Both the position numbers and the translations under genes were made by a program. DNA of 52,758 bases from a virus (taxonomy: Duplodnaviria; Caudoviricetes), in the IMG/VR virus record IMGVR_UViG_3300020394_000115, positions 1 to 52,758 of that record; one strand, written 5' to 3'. Below are positions 29,627-37,192 of this stretch, one piece after another (the stretch's first letter is position 1; each line of letters starts with the position of its first letter). A model generated the notes under the pieces. The model had not been told where the DNA came from. It worked only from the letters and a program-made list of their open reading frames with translations, and ran no database searches.

Positions 29627-29677
29627 TGACACGCTCATAAGAGGTGTCAAACTTAACTTTGCTTAATATAAGGAGGT
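29627..29677 (+). promoter_or_regulatory. ROSE-like RNA thermometer in the hsp20 5' UTR
   Basis: Upstream hairpin TGACAC-G-CTC-ATAA-GAG-GTGTCA, then ACUUU-G-CUUA/UAAG-GAGGU hairpin sequestering the SD with UUGCU and a bulged G. Confidence 0.65.
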
Positions 29678-29684
29678 ACTAATC

Positions 29685-30113
29685 ATGACCAATCTAAGCA
29701 TATTCAATCAATTAAGACCATTTTCAGTAGGATTTGACGACATGTTCGATCATTTCGATTCAATGGTAAGTATGGGTTCAAGTAATTACCCACCATATAA
29801 CATTGTAAAAACTGATAAGAATAATTATAATGTAGAAATCGCACTAGCAGGTTTCAACAAAAAAGACATATCAGTTGAAGTAGAAAATGGTATATTAACT
29901 ATCGAGTCTATCAAAGATAAAGACACAAAAGAAGTTGAGGACAACGATGGTATCTTGCATAAAGGTATTTCTAAAAGATACTTTAAAAAACAATTTACAA
30001 TTGCAGATGATGTAAAAGTAAATGGGGCTGAACTAAAAGACGGTCTATTAAAAGTGTCTATGGAAAAAATCATACCAGAGGCAAGAAAATTAAGACAAAT
30101 TACTGTAAAGTAA
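29685..30113 (+). CDS. hsp20: Small heat-shock protein Hsp20 (IbpA-like)
   Basis: NYPPYNI, EIALAGF, LHKGISKR, AELKDGLL. Confidence 0.95.
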   Translation: MTNLSIFNQLRPFSVGFDDMFDHFDSMVSMGSSNYPPYNIVKTDKNNYNVEIALAGFNKKDISVEVENGILTIESIKDKDTKEVEDNDGILHKGISKRYFKKQFTIADDVKVNGAELKDGLLKVSMEKIIPEARKLRQITVK

Positions 30114-30130
30114 TATAACCTCTAAAACAT

Positions 30131-30160
30131 AAAAGAGGCCTTGACAAAGAGGCCTCTTTT
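30131..30160 (+). terminator. Terminator hairpin after hsp20 overlapping a sigma70 -35 box
   Basis: AAAAGAGGCCT-TGACAAAG-AGGCCTCTTTT; TTGACA at 30141 with TATCTT at 30165 (18-nt spacer). Confidence 0.8.
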
Positions 30161-30182
30161 GTTGTATCTTGGGCTTAATATA

Positions 30183-30323
30183 ATGAATGAACAGTTGGAT
30201 AGAATAGAAAAGAAATTAGATAAACTTGAAAAGAAACTTGATAGACATATAAAAGAGATATGGCAAGTTTATGAACCTATCAAAAAAATATTAGAGAAGT
30301 TAGAGAGATTTAAATTATGGTAA
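30183..30323 (+). CDS. Small coiled-coil hypothetical protein
   Basis: MNEQLDRIEKKLDKLEKKLDRHI...; ATG 30183 preferred over TTG 30141. Confidence 0.55.
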   Translation: MNEQLDRIEKKLDKLEKKLDRHIKEIWQVYEPIKKILEKLERFKLW

Positions 30324-30922
30324 AAGTATTTGATCTAGAACCAGGCGGTTTAAAAGATGGTGGACAAGCAAAATTAAATAAAGAAGAAACCGATAAACTT
30401 AACAAAGAAAACGAATTAAAACAAAAACAACAAGAGACTAACAAGGGTCTAGCAATTGAATTAAGAAATAAAATTGCTTGTCCTATGATGCGTGTTGAGT
30501 TTCCAAAAGAAATAATAGAAGAAATAGAAGAAGGTATACAAAATCCTAATCAAGAATTTAGAGATAATCTAGAAAACATATTTAAACAAATAGGTAAAAC
30601 ATTTTTAAAAAAATCTTATGGAATAGAAAAAAAATTAAAGATAGATTTTAGATTATTTCAACCAGGTATTGAGGCAACTAAAGAATACGATCATAAATTA
30701 AAAGCATTACTATTTACAGATGGTGGTAATAAATTTGATTTTCAATGGAATAGTGTTGAGTTAAACGATCATCCATTAAGACCAGAGGGATTTGAAACTG
30801 TAACAACAGAACCAGGTGTATTAATAATATATCCTAGTTACAACATAATTACATCATCCCCACCACAAAATTATTTGGATGAGTCGCCTGTAATTGAGAT
30901 AGGTATTGATTATGAAATATAA
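30317..30922 (+). CDS. Hypothetical protein, possibly a degenerate 2OG-Fe(II) oxygenase fold
   Basis: EPGVLIIYPSY resembles the oxygenase C-terminal strand but the following His is absent. Confidence 0.5.
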   Translation: MVKVFDLEPGGLKDGGQAKLNKEETDKLNKENELKQKQQETNKGLAIELRNKIACPMMRVEFPKEIIEEIEEGIQNPNQEFRDNLENIFKQIGKTFLKKSYGIEKKLKIDFRLFQPGIEATKEYDHKLKALLFTDGGNKFDFQWNSVELNDHPLRPEGFETVTTEPGVLIIYPSYNIITSSPPQNYLDESPVIEIGIDYEI

Positions 30923-31193
30923 CGAAGATAAAATTTTATCTGAAGTTAAAGAATATATTGAAAGCACATATAACCAACATTATAGCGTTGGTAAAGATGG
31001 TAAGATTCAAGTTCAAGATTTGCTAAGGCAACTTGGAATAGATAAAGATTTTTGTCAAGCCAATGCAATAAAATATCTTGCAAGGTATGGTAAGAAGAAT
31101 GGTAGAAACAGAAAAGACTTGCTAAAAGCAATTCATTATGTTATACTGTTAATGTCGAATGAAGAAAATGATAATGGAGAAAGTGAAATATGA
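30912..31193 (+). CDS. DUF3310-like protein (putative nucleotide kinase family)
   Basis: QHY, FCQANAIKYLARYGKK, DLLKAIHY. Confidence 0.7.
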   Translation: MKYNEDKILSEVKEYIESTYNQHYSVGKDGKIQVQDLLRQLGIDKDFCQANAIKYLARYGKKNGRNRKDLLKAIHYVILLMSNEENDNGESEI

Positions 31194-31864
31194 AACTAAG
31201 CAATGAAACTATTGGTGTGCTTAAAAACTTTAGTAGCATAAACATGAATTTAGTTATTAAAGAAGGTAACACCATGACTACAATGTCAGCAATGAAAAAC
31301 ATTGTAGCGAAGGCAGACGTTACTGAAACGTTTCCTAAAGAAGTAGCGATTTATGACTTGAATGAGTTTTTACAATCGTTATCTTTATTTGCTGAACCAG
31401 TTCTTGATTTTCAAGATCAATTTATGACAATGAAAGATGAGGGTTCTAAAGCAACTCTTAAATATTGGTACTCTGACCCTAGTGTTGTTACAAGTCCTAG
31501 TAAGATGATAACAATGCCAAGTGAAGATGTTAAATTGACTTTGACAAGTGAAGACATAGAAAAACTAAAACGTGCAGCTAGTGTCGTTCAAGCACCAGAT
31601 ATGGTTCTCGAAAAAACAGATGCTGGTGTATCGTTAATGGTATGCGATAAAAAGAATACTACTGCCAATAATTATGCTATCGATGTAGATTGTAATTCTA
31701 ATGCTAAGTCGTTTAAATTCTATTTTAAAGTTGAAAATATGAAACTGTTACCAGGTACATATGATATAACAATATCACAAAAAAATATCAGTAACTTTAA
31801 AAACTCAAACAAGAATGTAGAATATTGGATTGCGTTAGAACCTGAATCAACATATGAGGCTTAA
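31190..31864 (+). CDS. gp45: Sliding clamp gp45
   Basis: MKLSNETIGVLKNFSSIN, IYDLNEFL, YWIALE. Confidence 0.95.
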   Translation: MKLSNETIGVLKNFSSINMNLVIKEGNTMTTMSAMKNIVAKADVTETFPKEVAIYDLNEFLQSLSLFAEPVLDFQDQFMTMKDEGSKATLKYWYSDPSVVTSPSKMITMPSEDVKLTLTSEDIEKLKRAASVVQAPDMVLEKTDAGVSLMVCDKKNTTANNYAIDVDCNSNAKSFKFYFKVENMKLLPGTYDITISQKNISNFKNSNKNVEYWIALEPESTYEA

Positions 31865-31866
31865 TT

Positions 31867-32802
31867 ATGGAAACATTTTTGTGGGTCGAAAAGTATCGAC
31901 CAAAGACAGTAGCAGATTGTATTCTACCTACTGAGTTAAAGAAAACATTTTCAGAGTTTGTAAAAGACAAACATATTCCCAATTTAATTTTATCTGGTTC
32001 TGCTGGAACTGGTAAGACTACTATTGCAAAAGCAATGGTGGAAGAGATTGGTAGTACATGGATGTTAATAAATGGTTCAGAGGAATCTGGTATTGACGTT
32101 CTACGTACTAAGATTAAAAACTTTGCATCAACTGTATCGTTAGAAGGTGGTAGGAAGTATATCATACTAGACGAGGCAGATTATCTTAATCCTCAATCAA
32201 CTCAGCCGGCCTTACGTGGATTTATGGAAGAGTTTCATAAGAACTGTGGTTTTATTCTTACTTGCAATTATAAAAATAGATTAATACCACCAATTCATTC
32301 TAGGTGTTCTAACATTGATTTTACTATTCGCAATGGTGAAAGAGTTAAACTTGCAGAGTCTTTTTTTAAAAGAGTACAAGATATTCTTGGTCAAGAAAAA
32401 ATTAAATCTGAACCTAAAGCAGTTGCAGAATTAATTAATAAATTTTTTCCCGATTGGCGAAGATGTTTAAATGAATTACAAAGGTATTCATCATCTGGTC
32501 AAATAGATGCAGGTATACTTGTTAATCTTTCAAGCGAAAATATAAAAGAACTTGTTGGTTTTATGAAGGCAAAAGAATTTACAAATGTTCGTAAATGGAT
32601 TGTTAACAATTTAGATAATGACCCATCAAGAATTTTTAGAACAATTTATAATTCTTTATATGACAATTTAGATCATAGCACAATACCACATGCTGTTGTA
32701 ATTATCGCAGATTATCAATATAAGTCAGCTTTTGTCGCAGATCAAGAGATTAATATGCTTGCTTGTATGACTGAATTAATGTCTCAGATAAAGTTTAAAT
32801 AG
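31867..32802 (+). CDS. gp44: Clamp loader large subunit gp44
   Basis: LWVEKYRP, GTGKTT, ILDEAD, HSRC, FPDWRR. Confidence 0.96.
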   Translation: METFLWVEKYRPKTVADCILPTELKKTFSEFVKDKHIPNLILSGSAGTGKTTIAKAMVEEIGSTWMLINGSEESGIDVLRTKIKNFASTVSLEGGRKYIILDEADYLNPQSTQPALRGFMEEFHKNCGFILTCNYKNRLIPPIHSRCSNIDFTIRNGERVKLAESFFKRVQDILGQEKIKSEPKAVAELINKFFPDWRRCLNELQRYSSSGQIDAGILVNLSSENIKELVGFMKAKEFTNVRKWIVNNLDNDPSRIFRTIYNSLYDNLDHSTIPHAVVIIADYQYKSAFVADQEINMLACMTELMSQIKFK

Positions 32803-32810
32803 GATAAATA
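32803..32810 (+). promoter_or_regulatory. Possible late promoter for the sugar cassette
   Basis: GATAAATA directly after the gp44 stop; same variant at 52209. Confidence 0.4.
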
Positions 32811-32819
32811 CATGTTACG

Positions 32820-33527
32820 ATGTATGAGAATAAAGTCGACTCCGACACAAGCGAATTCTTACAGACAGGTCTAGGAATGAAAAACGAATGGCATGTTGTA
32901 ACAGAATTTGAAAACAAGATAGCAGAATTCTTTGGTGCTCCATATGCGGTCGCCACAGATTGTTGTACAAATGCCCTTGAACTTAGCATAAGATTAGAAA
33001 AAATGAAAAAAGGTAGAGAGGTTAGACCAATAACTGTACCTTTCCACACTTATGTTTCAGTACCAAACATGTTAATTAAAAATAATTGGACATTCAATTG
33101 GGGTGATGTTCGTTGGCATGGATATCATTATTTAACAAAAGAAACAATTGATGCAGCTGTATATTGGAAAAGAAATGGTTATGAACCAGGTACAAAAATG
33201 TGTTTAAGTTTTTTTTATAGAAAACATTTAAGTACAGATAGAGGTGGAATGATACTTCTAGATAATAAAGAAGATGCTGATTTATTAAGGATAATGTGTT
33301 ATGATGGTAGGCAAAGATCAAACGTGCCATGGAATAAACAATACATAGATTTATTTGGTTATCATTATTATATGACACCACATAAAGCAAAAATAGGATT
33401 AAAAAATTTTGAAAAGGTGAAAGACAAAAAGCCAATAAGAAAAGATTGGGATTGGTACCCAGACATTCATAATTGGCCTGTCTATAAAAAATTTGGTGAT
33501 GAAACATTTAGTATTAGTACAAAGTAA
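32820..33527 (+). CDS. Short DegT/DnrJ/EryC1/StrS-family PLP enzyme (DesI-like)
   Basis: EFE...AVATDCCTNALEL, IDAA, CLSFFYRKHL..RGGMIL (PLP Lys), GYHYYMTP; shorter than typical family members. Confidence 0.8.
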   Translation: MYENKVDSDTSEFLQTGLGMKNEWHVVTEFENKIAEFFGAPYAVATDCCTNALELSIRLEKMKKGREVRPITVPFHTYVSVPNMLIKNNWTFNWGDVRWHGYHYLTKETIDAAVYWKRNGYEPGTKMCLSFFYRKHLSTDRGGMILLDNKEDADLLRIMCYDGRQRSNVPWNKQYIDLFGYHYYMTPHKAKIGLKNFEKVKDKKPIRKDWDWYPDIHNWPVYKKFGDETFSISTK

Positions 33528-34593
33528 TCAAGGCGTAGGTCACGCAAATAGAGCAAAGGCTTTAGGTGAGTATCTAACAACCAGACTTATTATAACTAGA
33601 CCTTTTACAGGTAAATCAACCGATACTGAATTTTTTGGACACGATAAAGTCTATAACGATTTATATCAAGATTATAGAGAGTATGACCCAGATGTAATTA
33701 TTACAGAGGGATATCCTTTTGGTCGATATGGTTGGGACCCATTTTGGGCTGAACAATGGGGTCATAAATGGGAACATGGTGGCGTTTTAGATATATTAGA
33801 ACATGCAAAAGAAAATAAGAAAAAAATTTATTCATTAGATAGAGATATACCTTGGATTCAACCAAAGGAAATGTATTTCTATATTGATAGATTAAATGAA
33901 TATTATGATGGTGTGTTTTTTGCTGGCGACTATAATTTTTTAGACGCAACTGAGCAACTATATGAAACCCCCATGATAGATTGTGAAGTTTATAATACTG
34001 GTTATATTACATATCCTTATACCAAACCAAGTGTTGATAAAAGAGATGGTATATTAGTATCTGGTGGTGATTGGTATAAACTAACTCATAAGTATCAAAG
34101 ATTATTTCTTGAAGTAAAAGAAGCAATTCCTAGTTTAAAAATATCTTTTATTATTGGTGATAAAACACCAAAAGATATTTTAAAAATGGCAGAGAATAGA
34201 GATATTAATTTAATTAAAAGACCAAGTGTAAATGAATTTAGAGATTATTTGTCTGTACATAAAATGGCATTTACATCTTTAGGTTATATGACTTTTACTG
34301 ATTTAAATATTACAAAAACACCAGCGTTAGTTGTTCCAAATGAATATTCATCATCTGAATTATATGATGTAAATAATAATGTTATAGGAAACGAAGAAAC
34401 TTATAGAACATCTAGATATTCAGACGAAGGTGGTTGCCATTGGATACCACAAAAAGATTTAGATATAGATTTAATATTAGGAGGTATTGAAGAGACAATG
34501 AAAATTAAACAAGAGGATATACCAGATATCGATTTAGATGGTGGAGAATATATTAAACAATGTTTGATAGAGAAGAAAATAAAATATATTTAA
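33499..34593 (+). CDS. GT-B glycosyltransferase (GT28/COG4671-like)
   Basis: QGVGHANR, PDVIITEGYPFGR, ILVSGG, GYMT...PALVVP. Confidence 0.72.
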   Translation: MKHLVLVQSNQGVGHANRAKALGEYLTTRLIITRPFTGKSTDTEFFGHDKVYNDLYQDYREYDPDVIITEGYPFGRYGWDPFWAEQWGHKWEHGGVLDILEHAKENKKKIYSLDRDIPWIQPKEMYFYIDRLNEYYDGVFFAGDYNFLDATEQLYETPMIDCEVYNTGYITYPYTKPSVDKRDGILVSGGDWYKLTHKYQRLFLEVKEAIPSLKISFIIGDKTPKDILKMAENRDINLIKRPSVNEFRDYLSVHKMAFTSLGYMTFTDLNITKTPALVVPNEYSSSELYDVNNNVIGNEETYRTSRYSDEGGCHWIPQKDLDIDLILGGIEETMKIKQEDIPDIDLDGGEYIKQCLIEKKIKYI

Positions 34594-35627
34594 AAAGTAT
34601 TCAAGGTGCGATAGATGGTGGACATATGCAAGCCTCGATAGATAACAAGTACATGTACCCTTGGCGTATAAACATATTTCCTGGTACGAGTTGTATGTTT
34701 TTTTGTTCTTTCTGTGGTAGAAATCATGGTTCTGTTGTTGATGATGCATATGAATCATATCTTTACTTTAAACAAGTAATAGAACAAGATAGTGGTAAAG
34801 ACCCTAAAGTTTTTGGTATAGGTGGTGGACTAGAACCACTGACAACACCTTACATAGGTGAAATATTTAAAAACTTACATGATGGTGGGTATAAATGTAG
34901 AATGTTAACAAATGCTTTTTTACTTAATAACAAGTATATTAAAAAACATGAATATATTAATTCGTTAGATCATATTAGAGTATCTTTGTATGGTATAGAT
35001 GAAGAAGAATATAAAAGTACAACAAAACATAATAAGGGTTGGCATGTTGTAAAAGAAAATTTAAAAAATTATAACAAGATTGAAAATAGAACTAAGTTAT
35101 ATTTAAATTATATACTATTACCAAGTAACTATAAAAACATATTAAAAGTAATTGATTATATTGATTACATAGGTGGATGTGATAATTTATCTTTACGTGA
35201 AGACTTTGCTTTTCATTATGAGATTGAAGAGAGAAAAACTTTGGCAGAGTATCTTTTAAAATTTGATACTGAAATAAAAAAGAGAGGTATAAGAGTTGAC
35301 TATGGTTATTCTTTATCTCAATTACTAAAAGGTTTGGAAACAAAACTATTAAGAGTAACTTCGGTAGATCAATTAACCAGAAGACAATCGCCACAAGTAA
35401 AGATTGCCCTTGACCCGAGAGGCGATATATATTATTATCAAGAAGCAGGTTTCATAGATAGACCTGGTTCAGATAGACATATTTTGGGTAATATAAAAAA
35501 TTCTTCTATTGAAGAAGAGCTAAAAAAAGAAGTTGAAATAGAACCTGATATAAATGATGTAAAATATATGGACGCATTTAATCAGACTGTTGAATTATAT
35601 AAATGGAGTAAGCGATGTATGAATTAA
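34560..35627 (+). CDS. Radical SAM enzyme, DesII-like
   Basis: FPGTSCMFFCSFCGR (CxxxCxxC, recalls DesII YPGPTCMFRCHFC), GGGLEPLT, IRVSLYG, LREDF, DYGY. Confidence 0.8.
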   Translation: MFDREENKIYLKSIQGAIDGGHMQASIDNKYMYPWRINIFPGTSCMFFCSFCGRNHGSVVDDAYESYLYFKQVIEQDSGKDPKVFGIGGGLEPLTTPYIGEIFKNLHDGGYKCRMLTNAFLLNNKYIKKHEYINSLDHIRVSLYGIDEEEYKSTTKHNKGWHVVKENLKNYNKIENRTKLYLNYILLPSNYKNILKVIDYIDYIGGCDNLSLREDFAFHYEIEERKTLAEYLLKFDTEIKKRGIRVDYGYSLSQLLKGLETKLLRVTSVDQLTRRQSPQVKIALDPRGDIYYYQEAGFIDRPGSDRHILGNIKNSSIEEELKKEVEIEPDINDVKYMDAFNQTVELYKWSKRCMN

Positions 35628-36010
35628 AAGATTATTTGAATTCTATTAATTATGGTAAAAATAATTTAATGGATAGTGGTGACCCAATGTGGGAAAAGAA
35701 ATACCCAGCATTTGTAGTAAACAAATGTCTCGCCCCTTTTGGTGATACGATACAGTTAGTTAATGAAATGAATCGTAATCATCATCTAGACAAAAAGTTA
35801 CAATATGACTTTTTACTAAATAGTTTAAGGACACGTAAAAGATTTGCACCTTGGATGAGGTCAAGTAAGTCCAAAAATTTAGAGTATGTAAAAGAGTATT
35901 ATGGTTATAATAATGAAAAAGGACAATCTGCTCTTAGCATATTAAACAATGAACAAATTAAAACAATAAAAGATAAATTGAATAAGGGTGGTAAACATGG
36001 AAAACGTTAA
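35615..36010 (+). CDS. gp62: Clamp loader small subunit gp62
   Basis: LKDYLNSIN, NEMN, QYDFLLNSLR.RKRFAPW, KEYYGY. Confidence 0.93.
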   Translation: MYELKDYLNSINYGKNNLMDSGDPMWEKKYPAFVVNKCLAPFGDTIQLVNEMNRNHHLDKKLQYDFLLNSLRTRKRFAPWMRSSKSKNLEYVKEYYGYNNEKGQSALSILNNEQIKTIKDKLNKGGKHGKR

Positions 36011-36431
36011 GTGGTCGAGAGAAAACATGCTCGAAATTACACTAAAGCAACCTGATGATTTCCTTAAAGTGAGAGAAACACTTTCACGTATCGGAGTTGC
36101 TTCTAGAAAAGAAAAAAAATTATATCAATCTTGCCATATACTTCATAAACAAGGCAAGTATTACATAGTACATTTCAAAGAGTTATTTGCATTAGACGGC
36201 AAGGAAACAAACTTGTCTGAGAATGATATAGGTCGTAGAAATCGTATTGCATCATTACTTTCAGATTGGGGTTTGGTATCAGTAGTTGGTAATACTGAAC
36301 CAATTGCACCACTAAGCCAAATTAAGATTATAGCATTTAAAGAAAAAAACGATTGGATTTTAGAAACAAAATATAATATTGGAAAGTCTAAGGACTCTAG
36401 TGATGGCAATACAAAATCTACCACAACTTAA
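35997..36431 (+). CDS. regA: Translational repressor RegA
   Basis: PDDFLKVRETLSRIGVAS, LYQSCHILHKQGKYYIVHFKELF. Confidence 0.97.
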   Translation: MENVKWSRENMLEITLKQPDDFLKVRETLSRIGVASRKEKKLYQSCHILHKQGKYYIVHFKELFALDGKETNLSENDIGRRNRIASLLSDWGLVSVVGNTEPIAPLSQIKIIAFKEKNDWILETKYNIGKSKDSSDGNTKSTTT

Positions 36432-37155
36432 AAAACAATTACGACTGATAGAGGAAAGTCATTTAATCTACAAACCTTTTGGTGAGTACGGTAGATATCG
36501 TTTTCCAAAAGAAGTTGTTAAAAGTTCATCTTTAGTTTATAGCATTGGGGTATCAAAAGATTGTGATATGGAAATCGCCATGGCAACTGACAACCCCGAT
36601 TTAAAATTTCATTGTTTTGATGGTTCACCACAATCAAAAAAATGGTGGGATACTGATAGTTGGCCATTTAAACCATCGATGACTTTTCATAATGTTTGTT
36701 ATGCACCTGATAATAATATCAATGTTCCATTTTATTACAATCCATTAAAAGAAATAGAAACTAGAATAGGATATGGTGATAGACCATATGGTAGAGAATA
36801 CAATTTAAAACCACACTTTATTAATGCTGTTGAAAATGTATATGAGGATAGTAAACAAAAACATGTTTTAGTTGAGACACAAAATTTTAGAACCATGATT
36901 AGTAAACATGGATTACCTGACATAATTAAAGCAGACACTTGGGGAATATGGTATGAGACTTGTAAAGAAATATTAGATTACAACATACCAATAAAATGTT
37001 TTCATATTAGAGCACATTTATTTTGTCCAACACCAGAAGAAAAACTATTTGATTTAATAGAAATAATAAGCGATTTTAAAGAAAAAGGATATGAAGCATA
37101 TCTAACACGACCAAGAGAAAACTTTGGATGTGACATGTTTTTTTTAAAAAAGTAA
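36403..37155 (+). CDS. FkbM/Methyltransf_21-like methyltransferase
   Basis: LVYSIGVSKD, FHCFDGSP, DIIKAD. Confidence 0.6.
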   Translation: MAIQNLPQLKKQLRLIEESHLIYKPFGEYGRYRFPKEVVKSSSLVYSIGVSKDCDMEIAMATDNPDLKFHCFDGSPQSKKWWDTDSWPFKPSMTFHNVCYAPDNNINVPFYYNPLKEIETRIGYGDRPYGREYNLKPHFINAVENVYEDSKQKHVLVETQNFRTMISKHGLPDIIKADTWGIWYETCKEILDYNIPIKCFHIRAHLFCPTPEEKLFDLIEIISDFKEKGYEAYLTRPRENFGCDMFFLKK

Positions 37156-37184
37156 TTGACAATAAGATACTAATAATATATTAT
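37156..37184 (+). promoter_or_regulatory. Sigma70-type promoter (gp43)
   Basis: TTGACA-17 nt-TATTAT, 8 nt before the ATG. Confidence 0.75.
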
Positions 37185-37192
37185 GGTAAACG

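Noticed and set aside
30141-30182. TTG start for the 60-aa ORF
   Set aside because: It lies within the terminator/-35 hairpin; ATG 30183 is more plausible.
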